Part shown: one piece after another, positions 19,276 through 28,701 of the stretch
How the letters are laid out: each line of letters begins with the position of its first letter
Position numbering within the stretch: position 1 is the stretch's first letter
Source of the DNA: Candidatus Kerfeldbacteria bacterium
GTDB lineage: Bacteria; Patescibacteriota; Patescibacteriia; SBBC01; CAIJZX01
Length of the DNA: 64,000 nucleotides
Direction: 5' to 3'
Assembly: GCA_963731735.1 (NCBI GenBank)
Contig: CAVSWO010000002.1
Coordinates: forward strand, 128,529 to 192,528
Notes under the pieces: model-generated
Databases searched by the model: none
What the model saw: only the letters and a program-made list of their open reading frames with translations
Told to the model about the DNA's origin: nothing
Made by a program: the position numbers and the translations under genes

Positions 19276-19304
19276 TTGACAAACGTGTTTACAGATACTA
19301 CAAT
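19276..19304 (+). promoter_or_regulatory. Sigma70-type promoter upstream of clpC: TTGACA (19276-19281), 17-nt spacer, TACAAT (19299-19304)
   Basis: Read directly in the sequence: ttgacaaacgtgtttacagatactacaat, about 12 nt upstream of the clpC ATG at 19316. Confidence 0.6.
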
Positions 19305-19315
19305 CTGTCGTAAGC

Positions 19316-21865
19316 ATGGACGATCTGAAACCAGAAATTCGGAATAAATTTACGGCCCACCTCCGGTCGGCGCTGCAGTACGCGGCTGAGCTTTCGGTTG
19401 AGCTAAAAAACAGTTATGTCAATCCGGAACATCTCTTATTCGGCTTAGCCGAAACGAAAGGCGGGGTGGCCTACGAAATTTTACGCAAATGTGGGGTCAA
19501 ACTCGATACCTTGCGAGATTTGATCAGCGTTCGCAATGAACCAGTCCTCAAACCCGGCCAAACCTTGAGCCGCGATGATTTAAAATTCTCGCTGCCGGCC
19601 AAGCGCGCTCTGGAAAAATCGGTCCTGGTAGCCGCCAATTATGAACATAAGTACGTCGGGACTGAACATCTCTTTTGGGGTTTGCTGGAAATAAACGACG
19701 CGACCCTGGAACAGGTTATGAAGGAGAATCAAATTAATGTGCCGGAAGCCCGGCGACAGCTGCAAGCAGTCCTGAAAAACACCACTCGGTTTCCCGACAT
19801 TTCCGGATTTTTTGATCAACCGAAGGGCATGCCGGATGATGCGGTGGTGGCTCCCAGCCTGCCGGGACGCGGACGCAATGACAAGGCGCCCGCCTTGGAA
19901 TTCTTTACCACCGATCTGACCAACCCGAAAACCCAGCTCTCAATTGATCCGGTCATCGGCCGGGCCGATGAAATTGAACGGTTGGTGCATATTTTAAGCC
20001 GCCGGACCAAGAATAATCCGGTTTTGATTGGCGATCCCGGAGTCGGGAAAACGGCAATTGTCGAAGGCCTGGCCAAGCGGATCGTGGATGGTCAAGTACC
20101 GGAAACATTGCAGCATAAACGCATATTATCGCTCGATTTAGGCTTAGTAGTGGCCGGTACGATTTATCGGGGTGAGTTTGAATCGCGGATCAAACAAATA
20201 CTCGAAGAGATCAAAGAGGATCCGAACATCATGCTGTTTATTGATGAACTGCATACCATCATCGGCGCCGGCTCGGCCTCCGGTTCAATGGATGCCGCGA
20301 ATATGTTGAAGCCGGCCCTGGCCAAGGGACAAATTCGAGCGATCGGCGCCACCACCATGGAAGAGTACAAGAAACATATTGAAACCGATCCGGCCCTGGA
20401 ACGCCGTTTCCAAGCGATCGTGGTCCAAGAACCGTCAGCGGCCGAAACCGTGGAAATCCTCAAAGGCTTGCGTCACAATTATGAACACTATCACGGCGTC
20501 CGTATCACCGATCAGGCGATCGAGGCGGCTGTGCGCTTTTCGACACGGTATATCCAGGACCGTTTTCTGCCCGACAAGGCGATCGACTTAATTGACGAGG
20601 CGGCTTCGAAAGTCAAAGTTAAACACGGCGGTTCAGCCCTCAGCAAGCAACTCCGGAAAATTGAAGCCGAGCTGCATCAGGTTCATCTAGCCAAACATGA
20701 GGCCATTCAAGCCGAGCAATTTGATACCGCCCTGGAACTGAAGCAACGCCAGGCCGGGCTGGAAAATAAACTTCAGAAAATGAAAGATCGCGAAGCCACC
20801 GCCCCGGTTCAATATGTCGGAACTATTGGTGATCAAGAAATCGCGGAAGTGATTTCCCGGATGACCGGCGTGCCATTACAGGATTTGGTCAAACAGGAAC
20901 GCGACCGGCTACTCAACCTTGAAGGCTTACTCAAAAAACGTATCGTCGGACAGGATGAGGCGATTCAAGCCATCGCAAATTTCGTGCGGCGTTCACGAGT
21001 CGGGCTTGGCAATCCCAATCGCCCGATTGGATCATTCTTGTTCTTGGGCCCATCCGGCGTCGGAAAAACCGAAACCGCCAAAGAAATCGCCCGCACGGTT
21101 TTTGAGGATGAGCAGGCCTTGATTCGAATCGACATGTCGGAGTTTCAGGAAAGTTTTAACGTCAGTAAACTGATTGGCGCGCCGGCCGGGTACGTTGGAT
21201 ACAAAGAGGGCGCCAAGCTGACTGACGCCGTTAAACGCAAACCGTATTCGGTGGTGTTGTTTGATGAACTTGAGAAGGCCCATCCGGATGTTTTCAATCT
21301 CTTGCTCCAAGTCCTGGATGAGGGCCACTTGACCGATGGCGTTGGGAAAACCGTCAATTTCAAGAACACCATCATCATTATGACCTCAAACATCGGTCTG
21401 CATAGTTTCAATCAAGTCCAGTCGATCGGCTTTGAAACAAATGATGCGGCCGCCAAGCAGAAGTTGGAAGATCGCTATCAGGCCCTGCGGAGCAAGGTTA
21501 TGTCGGATGTGGAACGTAGTTTTCGGCCAGAATTTCTAAACCGGATAGATAAAATTGTGGTTTATCGTCCGCTTGATCAGGCGGCGGTTGAAAAAATCGT
21601 GGATCTGCACATTGCTGATCTCCAACAGCGGCTCGAATCCCACCAGCTGAAAATTCAGCTGACCGCCAAAGCCCGCACCCATATTGCCGAGCGCGGATTC
21701 AGTCCGGATTTCGGGGCCCGCGCGGTTAGTCGCTTAATTCAAGAGGAAATTGAAAACCCGTTGGCTGGGATGCTCCTGCACGGGCAAATTAAAGCCGGCC
21801 AAAAAGTCCGGGTAACGGTGAAAAAACAAGGCATCGTCCTGGAAAAAGTCCAACCCAAAGGATAA
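19316..21865 (+). CDS. clpC: ATP-dependent Clp protease ATP-binding subunit ClpC (class III AAA+ chaperone)
   Basis: 849 aa; two Clp_N repeats, AAA-1 ([15 protein letters not shown]), UVR-like linker, AAA-2 ([15 protein letters not shown]), ClpB_D2-small C-terminus. Confidence 0.85.
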   Translation: MDDLKPEIRNKFTAHLRSALQYAAELSVELKNSYVNPEHLLFGLAETKGGVAYEILRKCGVKLDTLRDLISVRNEPVLKPGQTLSRDDLKFSLPAKRALEKSVLVAANYEHKYVGTEHLFWGLLEINDATLEQVMKENQINVPEARRQLQAVLKNTTRFPDISGFFDQPKGMPDDAVVAPSLPGRGRNDKAPALEFFTTDLTNPKTQLSIDPVIGRADEIERLVHILSRRTKNNPVLIGDPGVGKTAIVEGLAKRIVDGQVPETLQHKRILSLDLGLVVAGTIYRGEFESRIKQILEEIKEDPNIMLFIDELHTIIGAGSASGSMDAANMLKPALAKGQIRAIGATTMEEYKKHIETDPALERRFQAIVVQEPSAAETVEILKGLRHNYEHYHGVRITDQAIEAAVRFSTRYIQDRFLPDKAIDLIDEAASKVKVKHGGSALSKQLRKIEAELHQVHLAKHEAIQAEQFDTALELKQRQAGLENKLQKMKDREATAPVQYVGTIGDQEIAEVISRMTGVPLQDLVKQERDRLLNLEGLLKKRIVGQDEAIQAIANFVRRSRVGLGNPNRPIGSFLFLGPSGVGKTETAKEIARTVFEDEQALIRIDMSEFQESFNVSKLIGAPAGYVGYKEGAKLTDAVKRKPYSVVLFDELEKAHPDVFNLLLQVLDEGHLTDGVGKTVNFKNTIIIMTSNIGLHSFNQVQSIGFETNDAAAKQKLEDRYQALRSKVMSDVERSFRPEFLNRIDKIVVYRPLDQAAVEKIVDLHIADLQQRLESHQLKIQLTAKARTHIAERGFSPDFGARAVSRLIQEEIENPLAGMLLHGQIKAGQKVRVTVKKQGIVLEKVQPKG

Positions 21866-21893
21866 GTTTCGGCTTGGCAAAATTTACCGTCTG

Positions 21894-22544
21894 GTGGCAA
21901 CGGATGCGTCTGTTATGTTTCCACCAATCGGATCAATTCTCAACTGGCTATTCCCAGCGGTGTGTGCTGCCTGCGGACGCGAGGGCGCTTGGTTGTGTCC
22001 GAACGAGATGCAGGAATTGCTGGACACTCCCCCGCCAACACACGAACCAATCCCTGGTTTGGACCAGGTTGTGGTTGCTTATGCCTATGATCAAGCTCAC
22101 CTGGCGGCCTTTATTCAAAAGCTCAAATATAACTTCTGGACCGCGTCAGCTTCAACCATCGACGGGTTATTCCGCGGGCGGGCCGAAATCATCCAGGACG
22201 TACGGGCCGATTGCCTGGTTCCGGTGCCGCTCCACCCGGCCCGGATGCGATATCGCGGGTTTAATCAAAGCCAGCTAATCGCCCAGTCGCTCAGCCAGCT
22301 GACCAACCTACCGATTCGACCGCTGCTGCGTCGGACACGGAATACGGCCGCACAGGCTCGCCAGGCGCCGGAGCGCCGCCGGACGAACGTCCGCGACGCG
22401 TTCGCGAGCGTCGGCCGGCCGCCAAAGCGGATTATCCTCGTCGATGATGTTATCACGACCGGCGCCACCCTGGCCGCCTGCGCCAGCACACTCCGAGCGG
22501 CCGGCGCGGAGCAGATTATTGGATTGGCTTTAGCTCGGGGTTAA
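21894..22544 (+). CDS. comF: ComF family protein (phosphoribosyltransferase-domain competence protein ComFC)
   Basis: 216 aa; N-terminal Cys4 zinc finger (CAACGREGAWLCPNEMQ) and PRTase motif ILVDDVITTGATL. Confidence 0.75.
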   Translation: MATDASVMFPPIGSILNWLFPAVCAACGREGAWLCPNEMQELLDTPPPTHEPIPGLDQVVVAYAYDQAHLAAFIQKLKYNFWTASASTIDGLFRGRAEIIQDVRADCLVPVPLHPARMRYRGFNQSQLIAQSLSQLTNLPIRPLLRRTRNTAAQARQAPERRRTNVRDAFASVGRPPKRIILVDDVITTGATLAACASTLRAAGAEQIIGLALARG

Positions 22545-23044
22545 ATCTTCAGCATTCGCGACCACTGGTCCGAAACCGGTTCTTCTTCGCGCTTCACGTT
22601 TTCCAGCAAATACTCGTTCAACAGCTGACGCAACTTCAACGGATTCTGATCGAGTAAGGAGATTTCCATCGGCGGCCGAATGCGGCTGTTAAATTCAAAA
22701 TAGAGTTTTTTCACGGCCGGTGGTTGGTAGACAATCCAATACTCTTTTAATTCCCGCCAAGCATAAAATCGTTCACCAACTTCAATCCCTTCCTCCCGAA
22801 TCGAGAATTGCACATCCGGCGGATGCTGACGTAAGCGAATGACCAGAATAACCGTGGCCACCACAATCACCGCCGCAAACGTATAGTTGGTGGACAGAAT
22901 TGCAAAAACCAGCAAGCCGGCCACCGCTGCCATAAACCACAAATACCAAGCCCGGCTGCGCTCATGCTGGACGAACTCCGGAAACACCCAGGATTCGAGA
23001 ATTTCACCCTTATGTTGTGTTTGGTCCGGTTCGGGCATACCCAA
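22541..23044 (-). CDS. Hypothetical membrane protein (two TM helices plus soluble C-terminal domain)
   Basis: 167 aa ORF convergent with comF; hydrophobic segments YLWFMAAVAGLLVFAIL and FAAVIVVATVILVI. Confidence 0.45.
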   Translation of the reverse strand: MGMPEPDQTQHKGEILESWVFPEFVQHERSRAWYLWFMAAVAGLLVFAILSTNYTFAAVIVVATVILVIRLRQHPPDVQFSIREEGIEVGERFYAWRELKEYWIVYQPPAVKKLYFEFNSRIRPPMEISLLDQNPLKLRQLLNEYLLENVKREEEPVSDQWSRMLKI

Positions 23045-23058
23045 AGGATATCACACTC

Positions 23059-23079
23059 TTGGCGGAGGCGGTAGGATTC
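23059..23079 (-). repeat. Orphan 21-nt duplicate of the tRNA-Ser(TGA) 3' end (CGAATCCTACCGCCTCCGCCA)
   Basis: tggcggaggcggtaggattcg occurs at 23059-23079 and again at 23164-23184, which is the real tRNA 3' end. The upstream sequence of the first copy does not fold as a tRNA. Confidence 0.7.
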
Positions 23080-23163
23080 GCCCGTTGGGCCGGGGCTTGT
23101 GCTCTCCTGCCACCGGCAGAAGTGCTCGCCCTTCGAATCTATTTTCTTCGCCAAACATCCGTT

Positions 23164-23253
23164 TGGCGGAGGCGGTAGGATTCGAACCTACGAGGAGCTT
23201 GCACCCCTAACGGTTTTCAAGACCGTCGCTTTCGACCACTCAGCCACGCCTCC
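23164..23253 (-). tRNA. tRNA-Ser (anticodon TGA), type II with long variable arm, CCA encoded
   Basis: Minus-strand sequence GGAGGCGTGGCTGAGTGGTCGAAAGCGACGGTCTTGAAAACCGT...GTAGGTTCGAATCCTACCGCCTCCGCCA; 7-bp acceptor stem, anticodon arm ACGGT-CTTGAAA-ACCGT. Confidence 0.85.
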
Positions 23254-23360
23254 AAATATTTGCATTTTCATCCCGTGCGCCGCGGTTCCTGCGGAACAAC
23301 GCGTCGCCCGTCTCGGCGGCCGCGAGCAAAGCAGTTTGCTCGCTACTGGTGGTGCCGCCT

Positions 23361-23382
23361 CGACCCACTCAGCCACGCCTCC
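23361..23382 (-). repeat. Orphan duplicate of the tRNA-Ser(TGA) 5' end (GGAGGCGTGGCTGAGTGGGTCG; one extra G)
   Basis: Second copy of ccactcagccacgcctcc. It is followed on the minus strand by two perfect GC-rich hairpins (23319-23340 gcgagcaaagcagtttgctcgc; 23285-23298 ggttcctgcggaac) instead of a cloverleaf. Confidence 0.6.
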
Positions 23383-23511
23383 GTATTTTCGGGTTGGCGG
23401 GACACATAGGTTAGGTACCACCGCCTGAGGGGTATTGTAAGGCTTTTTCAGCTATTTTTCCAGAGGGCAAAATGAGGCATGTGGGTCGGGGTCTGAAATT
23501 CAAAATGAGAC

Positions 23512-23550
23512 AAATGAGACACGGGAATGGGATATTAGCGTGTCTCATTT
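23512..23550. terminator. Hairpin (12-bp stem aaatgagacacg / cgtgtctcattt, 15-nt loop) flanked by T-rich runs; probable terminator for the minus-strand HIT gene
   Basis: Inverted repeat read directly in the sequence; lies in the intergenic region between the HIT gene stop (23578) and the tRNA block. Confidence 0.5.
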
Positions 23551-23577
23551 TCTAAGGCCTTCTTGGCTAATTTTGGC

Positions 23578-24030
23578 TTATTCCCGGATGTGTTTGGCTA
23601 ATTCAGCTAATTCCTCATTATCAGCTCGTTGGAAGTCGTGTGAAGAAATATAACCCTCGTAATGGTCAAAATATTTGTCGACATTTGACTTCAACGACTT
23701 CCAGTTCTCCATCCTTGTACCATGCATGGGGAAGAGTTTAGCGTGCAGATGGTCAACACCAAAACCTTCAAATATCATTCCGGTTCGACCAACGTCTTCC
23801 AGTTTTACATCCAGTAGCTTGGCAACTTTCTTGCTTGCCATAACGAGATCTGTCATGACTGACTCGGGTACATCAAAGACATAGCTAGGATAATGCTTCT
23901 TTGGAATAACTACGGAGAAACCTTTGGTGTTGGGGAAAATAGACAAGAATGCAAGATGCTTTTCATTTTCCCAGATTTTGTGTGCCGGGCTTTCACCCGT
24001 GATGATTGAGCAGAAGATACATTCAGTCAT
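23578..24030 (-). CDS. HIT (histidine triad) family hydrolase
   Basis: 150 aa; CIFCSI N-terminal motif and histidine triad GVDHLHAKLFP. Confidence 0.75.
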   Translation of the reverse strand: MTECIFCSIITGESPAHKIWENEKHLAFLSIFPNTKGFSVVIPKKHYPSYVFDVPESVMTDLVMASKKVAKLLDVKLEDVGRTGMIFEGFGVDHLHAKLFPMHGTRMENWKSLKSNVDKYFDHYEGYISSHDFQRADNEELAELAKHIRE

Positions 24031-24671
24031 AAAAAGAAATTAGAAGCATGAGTTGATACAAGCTTACTTGGAAGTGCCGATGGATGCGTTTGTAAGTAAT
24101 CACTAATTATGTGAAAGGCAAGAGCATATCCCGACCAACGAGGTATTTTCCGTTGTCGTGATCCGAAAAACCAATCGTGGTGGTTGTATCTTGGCGAGTG
24201 AAGCTCTTTTTTGGCACGGTTATGAAGAGTTTCCAGTTTCTTCCCGCGTACAGCAACGTCCCACATATTCAGCTTTCCCTCAAAGACCTCGGATTCAAAG
24301 TGTGCCGCCAGCCCCTCAGTGACCAGAGCTTCCCCTAAAGTATGGCCGTACCCAGGGTTCGTCCAACGAACAGCGTGATGCAGTTCGTGAGCCAAAGTCC
24401 GTGATAGTTGCGTTTTAATGCCACTTGCGAACTTAGGATGCCTTGGATCTACGGAAATGAACACCGTGTGAGCATTTGGGGTGAAGCCTCCGATACCAAG
24501 TTCGGGTATGGCACCCTCGGGGTTAGAATAAATAACCAAATCTACCTCAACCGGGTGTGGGAGTAATGGGGAAACTCGCGCCAGAGTTTGTTGTATGGAT
24601 AACTTGAGAGCGGTCTTTCTTTGTGTGATTTGGTTTTCTCCCGCTGTCAAAATGTGTGTGGTAACTTTCAT
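24027..24671 (-). CDS. Putative Zn-dependent hydrolase (HExxH; DUF2268-like)
   Basis: 214 aa; HELHHAVRW motif; overlaps the HIT gene by 4 nt. Confidence 0.4.
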   Translation of the reverse strand: MKVTTHILTAGENQITQRKTALKLSIQQTLARVSPLLPHPVEVDLVIYSNPEGAIPELGIGGFTPNAHTVFISVDPRHPKFASGIKTQLSRTLAHELHHAVRWTNPGYGHTLGEALVTEGLAAHFESEVFEGKLNMWDVAVRGKKLETLHNRAKKELHSPRYNHHDWFFGSRQRKIPRWSGYALAFHIISDYLQTHPSALPSKLVSTHASNFFL

Positions 24672-24722
24672 AACTGAAGCATACCACTAAAGTAGGAGTT
24701 GTGCGAAAAAAGACCACTTCAG

Positions 24723-25301
24723 TTACGAAGTGGCTGTACCGTTGGTCGACCAGTGGTCAACCGCCTGATGGATGTGATCGCGAACGTGTTCTGCTCGCCA
24801 AAGGTGGGTCGAGGCGATGTTGGAGACGAGGAAGTCTGCTAGCGGGTAGTAGAATTCCTGTGTCTCGGCCGTCTGCCTGGCCTGCTTGTCTGCCGGACAA
24901 TCACCGAGCGTCCGCAGGTTGTGGAGACGATCAACAAGCTTGGCCATGATGACTGGGTTGCGGCCAGACTCGCGGATGTTCTGGACGTATCGGTCGGTGC
25001 TGACGCTATCACGGTGGGTCAGCAGGTAGGTGTCCTCGACGATGTCATGGAGTAGGAGTGCCAGGTGAAGCTCGAAATCATGGAGCTGGAGCTCGTTGAT
25101 GGCGATCCACGAGCAGGCACGGACGTGGTCGAAGTACCGCCGGCCGCTATCACGGGTCTGCAGTCGGTGACCCTCCTTGGAGAAGGCGTAGGCCGCGCGG
25201 AGCAGACGCATCTGGCGAGCGCTGAAGAACGGTTCGAACCGTTCCATGTACTCTTTCTTCCCGATTTCGGGATACGCAGGCACAACCGTGACGGCCGACA
25301 T
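24723..25301 (-). CDS. Stand-alone RelA/SpoT-type HD-domain protein (small alarmone hydrolase, (p)ppGpp hydrolase-like)
   Basis: 192 aa; LLHDIVEDT, KLVDRLHNLRTL and ETQEFYYPLADFL track the SpoT hydrolase HD motifs (LLHDVIEDT, KLADRTHNMRTL, ETLEIYSPLAHRLG). No synthetase domain. Confidence 0.7.
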   Translation of the reverse strand: MSAVTVVPAYPEIGKKEYMERFEPFFSARQMRLLRAAYAFSKEGHRLQTRDSGRRYFDHVRACSWIAINELQLHDFELHLALLLHDIVEDTYLLTHRDSVSTDRYVQNIRESGRNPVIMAKLVDRLHNLRTLGDCPADKQARQTAETQEFYYPLADFLVSNIASTHLWRAEHVRDHIHQAVDHWSTNGTATS

Positions 25302-25461
25302 GGGACCTCCGGATTGGAAGGGGCTAGCTAGATTGGTTGTCCGGAGGGTAGCACGTTTGGTCTACAAGTCAAGTGCCTTGCTGGCTATACACCTCCAACA
25401 AACAACAGGTTATAAACCTGTGTACACCGAGTATATATATAATTTCATTGATCAGAAAACC

Positions 25462-26991
25462 TCAAATGTTCCGAAGTATTTTCTTACTACCCACTGCGCC
25501 CTTAAAAATTATTGATTGGTCAATCTCAATGTACGATGTACACATATAGCTAATGACGCTAGGATCGTGAGACATAATGATACAAGATAGTCCTTGTTGG
25601 GTATGTATTTGTTTGAGAGTGTTAAGCACCATTTTCTGAGTCTGTACGTCAAGTGCAGATGTTGGTTCATCAAGTATTAATACGTCTGGACTAGCCAATA
25701 AGGCTCGCACTATAGCGATTCGTTGTTGCTGTCCACCACTTAGGCGACTAACCTGTGTATATAAAATTGTCTGCGGCAAATCAACCCTTAGAAGAAAGCT
25801 CTGCAATTCTGCGATAGAACGATTTTTTCTACCTTGAATTGTTCGATCCTCATTTAAGATGGCCAATACAGAGTGGTAGGGGTTCAGAGATTCACTCACC
25901 CCTTGATCAACCAATTCAACGCGTAGATTTGGACTAGTGATAATTTGGCCGCCACTTATCGATAAGTAACCAGCAATGATCTTTGCTAAAGTCGATTTGC
26001 CACCTCCGCTCGGACCCATGACCCCAAAACATTCGCCGTTTTTTATAGAGAAACTAATATCTCTAAGAGCAACAAAATCCTCGTCGAAAGACTTCGTTAA
26101 ACCACGAATATCTAAAACCTTTTTATTGTCGTCCTTTACATCCAAACTCTGTGAATGCAATTCTGACCCAGCTATGATACTCTTCGAAATGACTTTTTTC
26201 AGGTTTATCCCCTTCGAACTTCTTGTAGCATTTTCGATTATCCTACCCTTGTGAAGTACCATGACATTTGTTGCGGCATTTTGGACAAGGTGTATGTCGT
26301 GCGTTACAAAAATGATTGAGAGGTTTCGTTCACGCTTAATCTGGCTCAATATTTGTATAATAACATCGCGACGCTCCTTATCTAGAGCAGAGGTTGGCTC
26401 GTCCAGAAGTAATATCTCTGGATTATTTATGAGCCCGAGTGCGATGTTAATTCGCTGGTTCATGCCACCGCTCAGTTCTGCAGGATATTTCCCCAAAACT
26501 TGCTCTGGGTCGGTAATTTGCACTTCACGAAGTCGATCTACTATTGCCTTCCGAAGACCCCAAGCACTATGTCGACTTCCTTGCTGTTCTTGTAGGGCAA
26601 GTTGAAATTGTTTTTGAATAGAAAGAGTGGGGTTGAGTGACGCGAAAGGATCTTGAAAGACTATCGAAATCTGCTTACCCAGAAACGATTGAATCGAGGA
26701 TTGTTTCGTTCGCTGGTGGGCAAGGTCATAGCTTCTGTAGGACACGGATAGATTGGGGGGTAAAAGTCCACATAGGGCGCGTAGCAAGGTTGATTTCCCG
26801 CCACCAGACATACCAATGATACACAAAAAATCGCCCTGTTGAAGATCTAAACTGATATTCGTTAAAATACTTTTTTTCTTTCCCGCAGTAGAGTGCCAGA
26901 CATTCAAGCCGCGCACACTCAGCACCAATTGTGATGTTGAACTATTCTGAGGCATGATGTTGATCGCTGAGTAGGAAACCGTAAATCCCAA
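25462..26991 (-). CDS. ABC transporter ATP-binding protein with two fused ATPase cassettes (DppD/DppF-like, peptide/nickel type)
   Basis: 509 aa; two Walker A sites (GMSGGGKSTL, GPSGGGKSTL), two signature motifs (LSGGMNQR, LSGGQQQR), two Walker B sites (LLLDEPTSALD, LILDEPTSALD). Confidence 0.8.
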   Translation of the reverse strand: MGFTVSYSAINIMPQNSSTSQLVLSVRGLNVWHSTAGKKKSILTNISLDLQQGDFLCIIGMSGGGKSTLLRALCGLLPPNLSVSYRSYDLAHQRTKQSSIQSFLGKQISIVFQDPFASLNPTLSIQKQFQLALQEQQGSRHSAWGLRKAIVDRLREVQITDPEQVLGKYPAELSGGMNQRINIALGLINNPEILLLDEPTSALDKERRDVIIQILSQIKRERNLSIIFVTHDIHLVQNAATNVMVLHKGRIIENATRSSKGINLKKVISKSIIAGSELHSQSLDVKDDNKKVLDIRGLTKSFDEDFVALRDISFSIKNGECFGVMGPSGGGKSTLAKIIAGYLSISGGQIITSPNLRVELVDQGVSESLNPYHSVLAILNEDRTIQGRKNRSIAELQSFLLRVDLPQTILYTQVSRLSGGQQQRIAIVRALLASPDVLILDEPTSALDVQTQKMVLNTLKQIHTQQGLSCIIMSHDPSVISYMCTSYIEIDQSIIFKGAVGSKKILRNI

Positions 26992-27745
26992 ACGTTAGTG
27001 TTATTAACACTAGAAATAGTGTGGGGAACAACAGCACATTTGGATGATTCCGAAAAACAAGAATTCCATCGCTGATCATCTTTCCTAAATTAGCCTCCGG
27101 CGGTTGGAAACCGATGCCGATAAATCCAAGGAAGGCAGAAAGGAGAACAACAACCGGAACGCGTTGTATGCCAATCATCACCAACGTCTCTTTCATGGAC
27201 GGTAGGAGATGAAACGCTAATATGTGGCGCCATCCAGCTCCCTTGTTTCGTGCGTAGGCTATAAATCCGCGTTGCATTGCCTTACTCGTTTCGTTAGTAA
27301 CGACCCTAGCTACTCCGGTCCAAGAGATAATGATAATGGTAATAACCATGCCAAGATCACTGCCTATTTGCGGTATGTTACTAAAAAGTAAGAGCAGCGC
27401 AATGGCTAGAAGAAAGTCCGGTATACTGTCTGTAATATTCAATATGGCGGTCATGGCACGACGAACTGTGCCGCCGCGGAAACCAGAGTATGCCCCGAAA
27501 AGTGTTCCAATGCCTAGGCTGCATAATGTGGCGATAGAAACAACCAATATGGCTGATGTGGTTGCCGCCAAAGTACGTGCAAATAAATCTCGTCCAAGAT
27601 AGTCCGTACCAAAAAGATATGTTTTGGAGGGCGGAAGATATTTACCAGCTATGATTTCATTTGGGCTATATTTATTTAGTCCGACGCATACTAAAATAAT
27701 AACCACAGGAACTACAATTACTACCCAAGACTCGCAGCGTTTCAT
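26942..27745 (-). CDS. ABC transporter permease (DppC/OppC-like)
   Basis: 267 aa polytopic membrane protein of the binding-protein-dependent permease family, in the same operon as the ATPase. Confidence 0.7.
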   Translation of the reverse strand: MKRCESWVVIVVPVVIILVCVGLNKYSPNEIIAGKYLPPSKTYLFGTDYLGRDLFARTLAATTSAILVVSIATLCSLGIGTLFGAYSGFRGGTVRRAMTAILNITDSIPDFLLAIALLLLFSNIPQIGSDLGMVITIIIISWTGVARVVTNETSKAMQRGFIAYARNKGAGWRHILAFHLLPSMKETLVMIGIQRVPVVVLLSAFLGFIGIGFQPPEANLGKMISDGILVFRNHPNVLLFPTLFLVLITLTFGIYGFLLSDQHHASE

Positions 27746-28701
27746 GGCAGGTCTCCTGTCTTTTGCGAGTGGCTCCGTTTATCGTTGATTTTTACAATGG
27801 CGTTGGCAATAGAATTCAATGCTATCAAGATTATTGAATAAAAAATTGTTACCCCGGCAATTACGGGATAATCTCGATTTGTGACACTGTCAATAAAGTA
27901 CCGGCCTAAGCCAGGAATATTAAAGATTGATTCAATAATAAAACTGCCCGCAAGTATGTTTGCCACGATTGGTGCGGCGTATGTTAAGCTTGCCGTTAAG
28001 CTATTTTTAAACACGTAATAAATCATTACTGCATCAGTAGAAACTCCCCGCGCGCGAGCGGCCAGCACGTAAAGACTTTGACGAGTTTTTCTCATGTCTC
28101 TCGTTAAAAGTTGTGTCAGAATAATCGTCGGCACAATGCTCAGGATAATGATTGGCAGGATATAACCTGCTCTATCGTCGATACCATAAACAGGTAAGAG
28201 CGAGGCTTTCACGCCTATAAAATATTGAAAGAGTACCGCTATGACAAAAACTGGGACACTGAGGATAATGACTCCTAAAACATTAAATATCAAACTAACA
28301 CGATGATGGAGACTGAGATACGCGCTCAATACCAAGCTCATCACCATAGTGAGTAACATCGCGATAAAGCCAATAACCAAGGAAATTGAGGCATGACTAA
28401 AGATAATACTACGAACGGACTGACCCTCATTTACATACGAATATCCAAAATTAAAAGTTGGCAGCCCCTTCAGTGCGGTGAAGTATCTCGTTAGCGGAGA
28501 TGCATCGAGCTGATGCTTCGCAATAATGTTGTGGATGACCTGCTCACTCTTGATGTTCTCAATATCATAGAATTTTCCAGGCACGACCTCAAAAATTATG
28601 AAGGTGGCCGTAAAAACGAGCAGTAGGGATACCGCAAAAGACAAAACACCGCCGAGAGCAATTCTGGCGGTGTTTCTGTATCTACTTCTTGAAGTAGGCA
28701 T
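27742..28701 (-). CDS. ABC transporter permease (DppB/OppB-like)
   Basis: 319 aa polytopic membrane protein; overlaps the downstream permease by 4 nt. Confidence 0.7.
   Translation of the reverse strand: MPTSRSRYRNTARIALGGVLSFAVSLLLVFTATFIIFEVVPGKFYDIENIKSEQVIHNIIAKHQLDASPLTRYFTALKGLPTFNFGYSYVNEGQSVRSIIFSHASISLVIGFIAMLLTMVMSLVLSAYLSLHHRVSLIFNVLGVIILSVPVFVIAVLFQYFIGVKASLLPVYGIDDRAGYILPIIILSIVPTIILTQLLTRDMRKTRQSLYVLAARARGVSTDAVMIYYVFKNSLTASLTYAAPIVANILAGSFIIESIFNIPGLGRYFIDSVTNRDYPVIAGVTIFYSIILIALNSIANAIVKINDKRSHSQKTGDLP

Noticed and set aside
21874-22278. Alternative-frame ORF overlapping comF
   Set aside because: The ComF frame (21894..22544) carries the zinc finger and PRTase motifs; the other frame has none.
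23255-23382. Possible second tRNA-Ser gene starting at the duplicated 5' end
   Set aside because: After the acceptor/D-stem start, the sequence forms two perfect GC hairpins and no anticodon or T arm can be drawn. It is kept as a finding rather than a feature.
22887-23428. ORFs 22887..23210, 23099..23428, 23188..23421 across the tRNA-Ser block
   Set aside because: They overlap a tRNA gene and its duplicated fragments; Gly/Arg-rich nonsense translations.
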